Source of the DNA: Microgenomates group bacterium
GTDB taxonomy: Bacteria > Patescibacteriota > Microgenomatia > UBA10105 > UBA927
Direction of reading: 5' to 3'
DNA length: 64,000 nucleotides
Assembly (NCBI GenBank): GCA_049287205.1
Contig: JBAQFJ010000001.1
Coordinates: forward strand, 842,505 to 906,504
Below, in pieces: positions 49,515 to 58,508 of the stretch. The notes under the pieces are model-generated. The model ran no database searches. It was not told the DNA's origin and worked only from the letters and a program-made list of their open reading frames with translations. Every line of letters begins with the position of its first letter. Positions within the stretch are counted from its first letter, which is position 1. The translations under genes and the position numbers were made by a program.

Positions 49515-49810
49515 ATTGGTTTTACTTTAATGCCGTATGGAATAACCCCATCTGCTGCCGCGTCAATAGTTCTGCGAACAACAGTGAATACTTTTTGGTT
49601 TGTCCTAAGTTGGTCTTTTTCCCAATCAACAACTTGCGCTGTTATTTGCATACCACCATCCAGACGCACCACTGCAAGTGGATATGGTGCCTGTTCACTA
49701 AACCCATCAGGCGGCACCCGAATCATCGTCCACGAAACAATGCGTCCCGTTTTACCGATCAGCTTTGTAAAATGTTTTTGATTACGCCAAATTTTAACAG
49801 GACTAATCAT
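49511..49810 (-). CDS. DUF35 OB-fold/Zn-ribbon protein (archaeal thiolase-HMGS complex scaffold-like)
   Basis: About 100 aa OB-fold protein between thiolase and the kinases, as in archaeal-type mevalonate clusters. Confidence 0.65.
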   Translation of the reverse strand: MISPVKIWRNQKHFTKLIGKTGRIVSWTMIRVPPDGFSEQAPYPLAVVRLDGGMQITAQVVDWEKDQLRTNQKVFTVVRRTIDAAADGVIPYGIKVKPI

Positions 49811-49814
49811 AAAA

Positions 49815-50960
49815 TTATTTTTTTAAAATATGCACTACTGCTGTTGCACCGGACCCTCCAACATTATGAGCAAGTCCCAGCCTCGCATTTTTTACCTGCC
49901 GTTTTCCACACACTCCCCTGAGTTGATTTGTAATTTCCACAATTTGTTTTACACCTGTTGCACCAATCGGATGCCCACATCCTTTCAGGCCCCCTGAGGA
50001 ATTAATAACAATATGCTCAGCAGTTCCAAGTGTGTATGCTCCTTTTTCCATGCGCATCCCCACATCACCTTTTTTTTCAAATCCCATATCTTCAATTGCT
50101 AAAATTTCCGCAATGGTAAAACAATCATGCACCTCTGCAAGATGTATATCTTTTTGTCCGACACCCGCTTGAGTAAACGCTTGGAAAGCTGCCTGTTTTG
50201 TAGCCTGAAGTTCCGTTAAATTTTTTCGTCCGGCAAGTCCCAATGTGTCTGTTGCGACGGCGGAAGCAATAATATATACGCCGGATTTTTTACTTTGGTG
50301 TTTTGTAAGAATAATTGCTGCGGCACCGTCTGTAACAGGAGAACAATCAAGAAGCTTTAAGGGATCAGCAACGCAGGAACTTTTCATTACTTGCTCTACC
50401 GTAATTGGATGCGTAAATTGTGCAAGAGCGTTTAAACTTGCATGAAAATGATTTTTAACTGCTACACTTGCGAGTTGTTGTTCTGTGGTTCCATATTTTT
50501 CCATATGACTTCTGGCAAGAATTGCATACAGCCCGGGAAATGTTGCGCCTGCCAACCGCTCTTCATTAGATCCTGCTCCCATAAGCGCGGAGCTGACAAG
50601 CTCTGGTTTATGATCTGTCATCTTCTCTACTCCTAATACACACACCGTGTCATATTGACCCGACAAAATACTCATGATACCCGCGTGCACTGCAAGACCA
50701 CCGGACGCACATGCTCCTTCCACTGTATATGCAGGAATGCCAGATAAACCTAGCTCTTCTGCAAGAAGTGCACCTAAGTGCCCCTGCATACCAAGCATTC
50801 CCGATAACATGTTTGCAACAAATAATCCTTGAATTGATTTTTTCTCTATTCCACTGTCTTTTATCGCGGCTGCAACTGCAACACTTGCCAACCATCGTGG
50901 TGATGCCGCCCACAGCTCTCCAAATTTTGTCATTCCAATTCCTGCAACAGTTATGTTCAT
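49815..50960 (-). CDS. acetyl-CoA acetyltransferase (archaeal-type thiolase)
   Basis: Thiolase fold, active-site Cys region GACASGG ... CGHPIGATG. Confidence 0.85.
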   Translation of the reverse strand: MNITVAGIGMTKFGELWAASPRWLASVAVAAAIKDSGIEKKSIQGLFVANMLSGMLGMQGHLGALLAEELGLSGIPAYTVEGACASGGLAVHAGIMSILSGQYDTVCVLGVEKMTDHKPELVSSALMGAGSNEERLAGATFPGLYAILARSHMEKYGTTEQQLASVAVKNHFHASLNALAQFTHPITVEQVMKSSCVADPLKLLDCSPVTDGAAAIILTKHQSKKSGVYIIASAVATDTLGLAGRKNLTELQATKQAAFQAFTQAGVGQKDIHLAEVHDCFTIAEILAIEDMGFEKKGDVGMRMEKGAYTLGTAEHIVINSSGGLKGCGHPIGATGVKQIVEITNQLRGVCGKRQVKNARLGLAHNVGGSGATAVVHILKK

Positions 50961-52000
50961 ACTTTGTGTGTTTGTTTTAAATACCCAAGATAATCAACGT
51001 AGGTTTTATTTGCTATTTGTTGACTCACTAACCCCCGTAGGTTTTTTCGTTTTTTTTGAATCGTTACTAATGCATCTGTTGTCTTCCAAACAAAGGCGTC
51101 GCTTCCCGCCCCTGATCCATAGGAAACCATGCAGATTTTTTTATTTGGTTTTACCACATCAAGAACCGCTGAGAGACCCATCATAGAAGAAGCAGAATAG
51201 GGATTTCCAATATGATCAACGGTAAGTGAGGCGCTAAGTTGTTCACTGGTAAACCCCAACCGTTTTGCAACCTCCCGTGGAAATTTTCCATTTGGCATAT
51301 GAAACACACAATAATCAAAATCTTTTGGCTGCAGTTTTGACTTTTGAAACAGTAGTGTCGCCGCGCCCATAACATGTGCAAAATACGCAGGTTCTCCTGT
51401 AAATCTTCCTGCATGTGATGGATATCTGATCCCGTCTCTTCGCCAAAAATCAGGTGTATCTGATGAATAAGATGTGTATGAAAGAAGTGAGGCAATTACA
51501 TTTGTACTTCCCATCAACAAGGCAGATCCCGCTGACGCTGATGTATATTCAAGTGCATCATGCGGCTTACTCTGTGCAGTATCTGCACCAATCGCCATAC
51601 CGTAGGTAATTTGTTTTGCAGACAATAACCCTGCAATCATTTGCACTCCGGCAGTGCCTGCTTTACATGCAAACTCAAGGTCTGCCGCAAGATATGACGT
51701 TCCGACTCCTAAAAGTTCACCGATAATAGTCGAGCTTGGGTTCACGGCATACGGATGACTTTCTGATCCGACAAATAACGCCTCTATTGCTGATGGTTTA
51801 CCTTTAAAATACGACAGACTTTGAAGTGCGGCCTCAAGCGCAATCGTTACCGCGTCTTCATCAACACCCGGAACTGTTTTTTCGGTTACTCCCAAGGCTC
51901 CAATAATTTCCATGGGGTTTTTCTTCCACGCAGTGGCAATATCCTCTGTGTGCACCCGATATTTGGGAATATATGTTCCATATGACACAATGCCCATCAT
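50957..52000 (-). CDS. hydroxymethylglutaryl-CoA synthase (archaeal-type)
   Basis: MGIVSYGTYIPKYRV N-terminus. HMGS/KAS-III-like fold. Confidence 0.85.
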   Translation of the reverse strand: MMGIVSYGTYIPKYRVHTEDIATAWKKNPMEIIGALGVTEKTVPGVDEDAVTIALEAALQSLSYFKGKPSAIEALFVGSESHPYAVNPSSTIIGELLGVGTSYLAADLEFACKAGTAGVQMIAGLLSAKQITYGMAIGADTAQSKPHDALEYTSASAGSALLMGSTNVIASLLSYTSYSSDTPDFWRRDGIRYPSHAGRFTGEPAYFAHVMGAATLLFQKSKLQPKDFDYCVFHMPNGKFPREVAKRLGFTSEQLSASLTVDHIGNPYSASSMMGLSAVLDVVKPNKKICMVSYGSGAGSDAFVWKTTDALVTIQKKRKNLRGLVSQQIANKTYVDYLGYLKQTHKV

Positions 52001-53148
52001 AGTTGTTTCCCCCGTGCTAATTTTTGATGTGCCCGAGCAAGTGACCCTTCTGAAAGACTTGCAAGAAGCGAAATCTCGCCTGCAAGTACGGAAGCGCCAA
52101 GAATTTCCACAAATTTATTTTTATTTTTTTCTCCGTAGCACCCAAGAATTTGCAACGCCTCTTTTTGCGCACCAAGCCCTGTTCCTCCACCCACAGTTCC
52201 CACCATAAGATCAGGCATATACACACTCATATACAACTCTTTTTTGCGTACTTCTGCCGTCGTGACTCCAATGCTACATTCTCCAACGTGTGCAATATCC
52301 TGACCTGTTGCCAAAAAAACTGCCGCAAGCACATTTGCAAATTGCGCATTATTTCCCATTGATCCGCTCATAACACTTCCCAACATGCATTTAGAAATCC
52401 AAACATCATAGAATTTTTGCGCTGTTGTTTTCAACGTTTCCTGTAATACTTCTTCAGTCAACACAACTTCTGCCCACACTTTTGCTCCTCGTCCTTCTAT
52501 AAAATTCATCCATGATGGTTTTTTGTCCGTACAATAATTTCCGGAAAGTGCAACACATGAAATATGTGTCTGTTCTTGAATATACCGAGCGATTGCTTCT
52601 GTTGCGATAGTTACCATGTTGAGTCCCATTGCGTCTTTCGTATCATATTGAAACCGAACATACCGATATTGGCCAACGCCTCGGGAAAATATCTTAGTAA
52701 GTGTTATGTGATTGGAGGTAAACGCTGCAATTTTTTGCATTGCAGCCAAATGTGTATCCAAAAAGATACTTAACCTATCATTTTCAGCAAGACTTCCCAC
52801 GTAAAATACCGGTCCGCGCGTTGCGCCGACACTATACGAATCAACAATTGCACCACCACTTTGTGCAATGGCTTTACATCCCCGATTCACTGATGCTACG
52901 AGCGCGCCCTCTGTGGTTGCAAGCGGAATATATGCGGAGTGTTTTTTTGAGGATTTAATCGTTTGATACACAATGGGACCCGCAATACCAAGCGGCACTT
53001 GTGTTACTCCAATCATATTTTCGCAATGTCTCGTTGATGCAACAAATTCATCTATTGCACCCTCACTTATAGCGGACAATGGAATCTGTAATTCATGTTC
53101 CAGTTTTCTTCGCCTAACTGCAACTGCATCGTTTTTATCAAGCGTCAT
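51997..53148 (-). CDS. hydroxymethylglutaryl-CoA reductase catalytic domain (class I-like)
   Basis: DAMGLNMV and GTVGGGT motifs. Confidence 0.85.
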   Translation of the reverse strand: MTLDKNDAVAVRRRKLEHELQIPLSAISEGAIDEFVASTRHCENMIGVTQVPLGIAGPIVYQTIKSSKKHSAYIPLATTEGALVASVNRGCKAIAQSGGAIVDSYSVGATRGPVFYVGSLAENDRLSIFLDTHLAAMQKIAAFTSNHITLTKIFSRGVGQYRYVRFQYDTKDAMGLNMVTIATEAIARYIQEQTHISCVALSGNYCTDKKPSWMNFIEGRGAKVWAEVVLTEEVLQETLKTTAQKFYDVWISKCMLGSVMSGSMGNNAQFANVLAAVFLATGQDIAHVGECSIGVTTAEVRKKELYMSVYMPDLMVGTVGGGTGLGAQKEALQILGCYGEKNKNKFVEILGASVLAGEISLLASLSEGSLARAHQKLARGKQL

Positions 53149-53151
53149 ATA

Positions 53152-53769
53152 TTAAATAAATGGAATTTTAAATATTCCTAAGTGGTACATGCCAATGCTA
53201 TAAAATAGCATACTTCCTCCGACAACACCAAATACAGCGATAATACGCCATAAATCTAATTTCATCCCAAACCGTATGGTCAAATACGTCAACATCGCTT
53301 TCCAAAAAAATAATACTGAGGAAAAAATTAAAAATATTGCGCTGAATACCATACCTAATGGCCTACCGGTTCTTGGTGGAGGAAACAACACATACAAAAT
53401 TGATGTACCCAAAAACCATAAAAGCGTTGGAAGTAATGTGTACCCCCATGAAAGAGCAAGAACACGAAGACTTCCTTTTCCACCCATACATTTTCCAACA
53501 ATGAAAAGAAGCGATACTATCACGGCATACGTCACCACCACAGAAAGCGCGATGAGGATAAATTGTTTGGTTAAGACAAAGGGTCTGAATGCAGCAGTTT
53601 TTACCAATGACGCAATCGCAAAATAACAGGAAAGCAACACCCCAAGCGGAACAAGTTCCCATAAAGAACCGTGGTGAACAATACGTCTATATGCTTCGTA
53701 TGGTTTTGTCGCCAGTCCTACACTTGACCTGAAAAACGCAACACATCCGATAAGGAGTGAACCCGTCAT
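53152..53769 (-). CDS. polytopic membrane protein (Yip1-like, hypothetical), last gene of mevalonate operon
   Basis: 5 TM helices. 3-nt gap to the HMGR gene. Confidence 0.4.
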   Translation of the reverse strand: MTGSLLIGCVAFFRSSVGLATKPYEAYRRIVHHGSLWELVPLGVLLSCYFAIASLVKTAAFRPFVLTKQFILIALSVVVTYAVIVSLLFIVGKCMGGKGSLRVLALSWGYTLLPTLLWFLGTSILYVLFPPPRTGRPLGMVFSAIFLIFSSVLFFWKAMLTYLTIRFGMKLDLWRIIAVFGVVGGSMLFYSIGMYHLGIFKIPFI

Positions 53770-53794
53770 ACTGAATTAGTCGTACAAATTCGCT

Positions 53795-53859
53795 AAAACC
53801 CTCGCCCGCCTGCATCGCTTATGCGAAGCATTGCAGGCAGGCCCCGCCTGCTCTCGAGG
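53795..53859 (-). terminator. GC-rich intrinsic terminator hairpin after sigma/anti-sigma pair
   Basis: Minus strand CCTCGAGAGCAGGCGGGGCCTGCCTGCAATGCTTCGCATAAGCGATGCAGGCGGGCGAGGG followed by TTTT. Confidence 0.45.
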
Positions 53860-53876
53860 CAAGTTGTAGATGGAGA

Positions 53877-54107
53877 CTAAAAACCCTTTTGTAATAAGGT
53901 CACGATCGTTGTTATAGAAGGACCAAACCACAATACAAGCACAATGACCAACAATGCACTAATGATTACGAGTGCGGGAATAGGCATGATTTTCAGCTGA
54001 TGGGTGATGCGTTTATACAATCCGGTAAACGGCCCCACTGTCTGTGGAGACAATTCCATTGTTTCTTTCCATCTGGATACCAGCTTATGATAATTAGCTT
54101 TGGACAT
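53877..54107 (-). CDS. putative anti-sigma factor (single-TM small protein)
   Basis: 76 aa with one TM helix. Overlaps the 3' end of the ECF sigma gene. Confidence 0.4.
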   Translation of the reverse strand: MSKANYHKLVSRWKETMELSPQTVGPFTGLYKRITHQLKIMPIPALVIISALLVIVLVLWFGPSITTIVTLLQKGF

Positions 54108-54633
54108 GGTGTTTTACAAACGCTTTTTTTGCCCGAAACAGCATAGATTCAGCGCCTTTGAGAGTAATTGCTAATTTACGCGCAATTTCAGCAACCGGCA
54201 TGTTTAAAATATATCTGGCGTATAAGACTGTTTTATATTGCGGAATGAGTTTATTCAACGTTTTATGCAACTCTTCCTTCAATACTCGCTCATCAAGCGC
54301 AGCTTCAGGATTTAACAGTGGAGACACTAATTCTTCAATCTCAGGCATTTGGGAAAATACAAGTTGTTTTATCTTCTTTTTCCGATAAAAATCAATAATC
54401 TTATGATTGCAGATGGATTGCAAAAATGTACGAAGGTTGCAATTCCCCCGAAAATCACGGAGCGCATCTAAAAATGCATACAGCGTTTCCTGCATGATGT
54501 CCTCAACATCATGCGGATTCTGCACTTTCATCTGAATAAACCGTTTTAACGGCGGGGTGTACGTATGGTAAAACTCATACAGCGCCCGTTCATCCCGAGC
54601 CAGAATTCGCTGCAATAACTCAGATTCTTCCAT
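54094..54633 (-). CDS. ECF-type RNA polymerase sigma factor
   Basis: Sigma-70 region 2 (DVEDIMQETLYAFLDAL ... IIDFYRKKK) and region 4 HTH (LNMPVAEIARKLAITLKGAESMLFRAKK). Internal ATG 54633 preferred. Confidence 0.75.
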   Translation of the reverse strand: MEESELLQRILARDERALYEFYHTYTPPLKRFIQMKVQNPHDVEDIMQETLYAFLDALRDFRGNCNLRTFLQSICNHKIIDFYRKKKIKQLVFSQMPEIEELVSPLLNPEAALDERVLKEELHKTLNKLIPQYKTVLYARYILNMPVAEIARKLAITLKGAESMLFRAKKAFVKHHVQS

Positions 54634-54722
54634 ATATATGCTGTAACTATACCATGGAACGAAAAACCAAGGCAATAAAGCCAAGCCTTGTGTTTACCTG
54701 CAATATTTCGTACACTTTTCCT

Positions 54723-55043
54723 ATGGAACGCATTTTCGCGCAAGATTCGGTCGACATAAAAGACATTTTTCAACCTGCAGGTTCATTTGCGACACTTGGA
54801 GATCTTGTTTCTGTCCTACTAAAGAATGCGTTCACTATTGCAGGGGTTATTTTTTTCGTTTTGTTGATTTTTGGCGGATTTACATTTATAGTATCAGCAG
54901 GTGGTGGCGATGCAAAAAAGGCAGAACAGAGCAAAAAGACCATTACAGCAGCTGCCACAGGGCTTGTTCTCATTTTTGCATCCTATTGGATCATTCAACT
55001 CATTGAAATTATTACAGGTGTACCAATTTTAAATTTGAACTAA
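54723..55043 (+). CDS. VirB2/TrbC-like pilin-like helical-hairpin protein (array member 1)
   Basis: LLIFGGFTFIVSAGGGDAKKAEQSKKTITAAATGLVLIF core. ATG 54723 preferred over track start 54654. Confidence 0.45.
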   Translation: MERIFAQDSVDIKDIFQPAGSFATLGDLVSVLLKNAFTIAGVIFFVLLIFGGFTFIVSAGGGDAKKAEQSKKTITAAATGLVLIFASYWIIQLIEIITGVPILNLN

Positions 55044-55044
55044 T

Positions 55045-55419
55045 ATGCATTTTTTAGAAAAAGTTTTTGCTGAAGGTGCAACCGATATCATTGGGACGGT
55101 CACCAATCCTATTACTCCAAAATATGGAGGTCTTGAAACAGGACTTATCCCTTTTTTCAGCAATGTGCTTCGGTTAGTATTTGCGGTTGCAGGTGTGTAT
55201 GCCTTCATTAACCTTATCCTTGCAGGATACGGCTACATGAGCGCAGGTGGAGACGCAAAAGCAGTTTCCAAAGCATGGGACAAAATCTGGCAAACACTTA
55301 TTGGACTTGCCATCATCGCAGGATCATTTGTCATTGCCGCATTGTTTGGTTACCTCATCTTTGGTGATCCGATGTTTATGTTAAAACCAACAATTTATGG
55401 CCCAGGTGTAACACAATAA
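55045..55419 (+). CDS. VirB2/TrbC-like pilin-like helical-hairpin protein (array member 2)
   Basis: LILAGYGYMSAGGDAKAVSKAWDKIWQTLIGLAII core. Confidence 0.45.
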   Translation: MHFLEKVFAEGATDIIGTVTNPITPKYGGLETGLIPFFSNVLRLVFAVAGVYAFINLILAGYGYMSAGGDAKAVSKAWDKIWQTLIGLAIIAGSFVIAALFGYLIFGDPMFMLKPTIYGPGVTQ

Positions 55420-55420
55420 T

Positions 55421-55795
55421 ATGAAAACGCTTGCAGACGTACAATTACAACAAATAGGTGAAGGCGGCGGCGGTTTAGGAACTTTCGGCGGACAAACTTT
55501 TACAGCTGACAGTGCCCTCTCATCATTTACCCATACGATATCCGCAATCATCGGTCTTTTAACAGCTGTAGCTGCAGTGTGGTTTCTTGTACAAATTACC
55601 TTGGGTGGCATCAGCTGGATAACTGCTGCAGGAGAAAAATCAAAACTTACAGAGGCACGTGACAAAATCACTCATGCGTTTATTGGACTTATCATTGTCG
55701 TTGCAGGCTGGGGAATTCTCGCGCTTGCAGGACAATTCTTTGGATGGGACACCATATTATTACCGTCGTCTGTCGGAGAATTAATTAAATTCTAA
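55421..55795 (+). CDS. VirB2/TrbC-like pilin-like helical-hairpin protein (array member 3)
   Basis: ITLGGISWITAAGEKSKLTEARDKITHAFIGLIIV core. Confidence 0.45.
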   Translation: MKTLADVQLQQIGEGGGGLGTFGGQTFTADSALSSFTHTISAIIGLLTAVAAVWFLVQITLGGISWITAAGEKSKLTEARDKITHAFIGLIIVVAGWGILALAGQFFGWDTILLPSSVGELIKF

Positions 55796-55800
55796 TTTCT

Positions 55801-56142
55801 ATGAACCGCATACTTGCACAAATCACCAATCCGGTTCTTCCAGCCAGTCTTGGCACAGGAACTGTGGAACAAGGCGGAACAGTTATCGGCAAACTCATCA
55901 GCAACATCGTTGGACTGTTGTTTATGTTTTCTTTTCTTTTAACACTACTCTATTTAATCATGGGTGGTCTTCAGTGGATCACAGCAGGCGGAGACAAAAC
56001 ACACTTGGAATCAGCGCGTAATAAAATTACAAATGCAATCGTCGGACTTATTATAGTTGCCGCCGCGTATGCGATATTCACCCTTGTCGGAGAATTTTTG
56101 GGACTTGATGTTGCAAACCTGCAAATTCCTTCTTTTAAGTAA
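55801..56142 (+). CDS. VirB2/TrbC-like pilin-like helical-hairpin protein (array member 4)
   Basis: LIMGGLQWITAGGDKTHLESARNKITNAIVGLIIV core. Confidence 0.45.
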   Translation: MNRILAQITNPVLPASLGTGTVEQGGTVIGKLISNIVGLLFMFSFLLTLLYLIMGGLQWITAGGDKTHLESARNKITNAIVGLIIVAAAYAIFTLVGEFLGLDVANLQIPSFK

Positions 56143-56289
56143 AAAGGCGGATTGATTGTAGATTTGCCACACGTACCGTATAATTAACATAGTATAAATT
56201 ATCTTCCTCAGCCCATGAAGGTTGTTGGAAGATTCAAGAAATTGATTTACTCGTACTAACTCGTAAGCAATTTCTAGAGGAGGTGACGT

Positions 56290-56622
56290 ATGTTAGAAAA
56301 ACTATTCGCAGCAGATTTGACAATTGCACAACCAAGTAATGTTAAAATTACTGACGTTGGACAACTTATCAGTGCAGCAGTTGGCACAATCCTTATTCTT
56401 GCGGCACTTCTCGCATTTATATTTTTGATCTTAGGCGGTATTCAGTGGATTACTTCCGGTGGAGACAAAGCAGCTATGGAAGCGGCACGGAATAAGATTA
56501 CACATGCAATCGTCGGACTTATTATTGTCGGAGCAGCATGGGCAATCATGATGTTGGTACAGAATTTCTTAGGCGTCAGCATCATTGGTTCACAAGGAGT
56601 TACACTCCCGAAACCATTCTAA
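56290..56622 (+). CDS. VirB2/TrbC-like pilin-like helical-hairpin protein (array member 5)
   Basis: LILGGIQWITSGGDKAAMEAARNKITHAIVGLIIV core. GGAGGTG RBS. Confidence 0.45.
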   Translation: MLEKLFAADLTIAQPSNVKITDVGQLISAAVGTILILAALLAFIFLILGGIQWITSGGDKAAMEAARNKITHAIVGLIIVGAAWAIMMLVQNFLGVSIIGSQGVTLPKPF

Positions 56623-56647
56623 TTTTTTGAAAATATATTGTATATTC

Positions 56648-56672
56648 AAAAGCCCCCTTTGGGGGGTTTTTG
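56648..56672 (+). terminator. intrinsic terminator
   Basis: AAAAGCCCCCtttGGGGGGTTTTT directly after the array-member-5 stop. Confidence 0.6.
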
Positions 56673-56699
56673 ATTTCTGGTATACTTATCAGTACACAT

Positions 56700-57050
56700 A
56701 TGCGTCTACTTGCAGCAACAAATTGGCAAAACCTTGAAAAAGCGAGTCCAACGGACAGCACTGCTGATGTTGCGACCATCGGATCACTCGTTACTGTATT
56801 TTCTAATGTCATTCAAGCGGTCACTGCGCTCGCGGGTATTGTGCTATTTATTATGCTTGTGACAGGCGGCTTCACGTTTCTTTTCTCAGGCGGCGATCAG
56901 AAAAAGTTGGAAAAGGCAAAAGGAACACTGACAAGCGCAATCATCGGACTTGTTGTTTTGATATGCAGCTATCTCATCCTTATGCTTATCCAAAAAGCGA
57001 CAGGAACAACGGCAGATCTTACTAAATTTCAATTGAATATCGGACAGTAG
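56700..57050 (+). CDS. VirB2/TrbC-like pilin-like helical-hairpin protein (array member 6)
   Basis: LVTGGFTFLFSGGDQKKLEKAKGTLTSAIIGLVVL core. ATG 56700 preferred because the track start overlaps the terminator. Confidence 0.45.
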   Translation: MRLLAATNWQNLEKASPTDSTADVATIGSLVTVFSNVIQAVTALAGIVLFIMLVTGGFTFLFSGGDQKKLEKAKGTLTSAIIGLVVLICSYLILMLIQKATGTTADLTKFQLNIGQ

Positions 57051-57088
57051 CTGTTGACGCATAACAAAAAGTAACGGATAATACCAGT

Positions 57089-58504
57089 ATGAAACGGGTG
57101 TTTCTCTCATTATTTTTAAGCTTCGTTACCTCTTTTTGTTTCCTCTCGCCTATCCACGCTTCCTGGGTAGATGAAGGATATGACGAAGCCATGAAGGCTG
57201 CGGAAAACGGCGATGTAAATTCAGCAGCATATATCTCAAACGCTGACAATAACACAAAACTAAATCTTGTAAGACAAGTTTTTGGCGCAGTGGAAGGATT
57301 AACCGTCATGAAAGGCGACTTGAATGAACCCTACGCCAAGAAAATGAATAACCAAAGCGCAATATCAGGATTGTCTACATATATCGGCTACATGTACACC
57401 AATCCTCCAGCTTCCACATATGCATTCGTCCAAGATATGGGGCAAACACTCGGATTTATTCCAAAACAAGCCTATGCACAAGGTATAGGTTTTTCAGGTC
57501 TTTCTCCCCTGCTTCCAATTTGGAAAATGTTTCGCAATATTAGCTATGCCATTCTTGCTCTTGTTATGGTTGCTATTGGATTTATGGTCATGTTCCGAAA
57601 AAAAATTGACCCAAAAACTGTTGTGACTGTACAAAATGCACTTCCAAAAGTTGTGGTTACACTCATTCTTATCACTTTTTCTTATGCAATTGTGGGTCTT
57701 ATGATTGATTTAATGTATATCGTTCTCTATGCAGCGCTACAATTAATCGTCACATCAGCTCCAAGTGGCATGTTTGATGCAGATCATGTTTCAGTATTTA
57801 CGAGCAGTAGCTTTGGCGCAGTGTGGAAAGGAATGTTTGGAGGATTTGAAACCTTCCCAATAATGATTAACAGTATCATGCCGGGAGAAGCATCTTGGAT
57901 TACTAAATTAACTCTTGCTACTATTTTCAGCGGCGGCGTGGCTGGGGTACTCAGTATTTTAGTTGCCCTTATTATGGCTATTGCATTTCTTTTTGGTGTT
58001 GTTCGATTATTTTTTATGCTGCTATCCGCATATATTCAAATTATTGTTGCAGTACTTATAGGACCCATTCAAATTTTGTTAGACGCAGTTCCTGGTGGAC
58101 AAGGATTTTCAGGATGGATAAAAAACCTTCTATCCAATCTCGTCGTATTTCCTATAACATCTGTTATGCTAACTCTTGCATATTTTTTAATTAAATCAGC
58201 AGATAAAACCTGGACGCCACCACTACTTGGCTCAGGTTCAAGTGGTATCAGTTCACTCATAGGATTAGGATTTCTTTTTATCATTCCAAACACAGTCAAA
58301 GGGCTCCAAGAAGCACTCAAGGCAAAACCAATGGTTAATGCTGGACTTGGGGCAATTGCAGGACCAATGGGTTCAGGCGTAGGACAGGGCATGCAACTTG
58401 TTTACCAAGGGGCTATGATCAAAGAAGGACTATTTGCAAGAAAACCAAACACAAATACATTGCAAAGTACCATTGATTCAGCAAAAGCGGCTGAAAAAGG
58501 TTAA
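57089..58504 (+). CDS. VirB6/TrbL-like polytopic membrane protein (putative)
   Basis: Cleavable signal peptide and about 100-aa periplasmic domain. Five or six TM segments. C-terminal tail. Topology typical of T4SS VirB6/TrbL. No sequence signature verified. Confidence 0.4.
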   Translation: MKRVFLSLFLSFVTSFCFLSPIHASWVDEGYDEAMKAAENGDVNSAAYISNADNNTKLNLVRQVFGAVEGLTVMKGDLNEPYAKKMNNQSAISGLSTYIGYMYTNPPASTYAFVQDMGQTLGFIPKQAYAQGIGFSGLSPLLPIWKMFRNISYAILALVMVAIGFMVMFRKKIDPKTVVTVQNALPKVVVTLILITFSYAIVGLMIDLMYIVLYAALQLIVTSAPSGMFDADHVSVFTSSSFGAVWKGMFGGFETFPIMINSIMPGEASWITKLTLATIFSGGVAGVLSILVALIMAIAFLFGVVRLFFMLLSAYIQIIVAVLIGPIQILLDAVPGGQGFSGWIKNLLSNLVVFPITSVMLTLAYFLIKSADKTWTPPLLGSGSSGISSLIGLGFLFIIPNTVKGLQEALKAKPMVNAGLGAIAGPMGSGVGQGMQLVYQGAMIKEGLFARKPNTNTLQSTIDSAKAAEKG

Positions 58505-58508
58505 CACT

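Noticed and set aside
53770-53876. GC-rich 60-nt inverted repeat considered as a novel structured ncRNA
   Set aside because: On the minus strand it is followed by a T-tract directly after the anti-sigma gene stop. This is most simply an intrinsic terminator.
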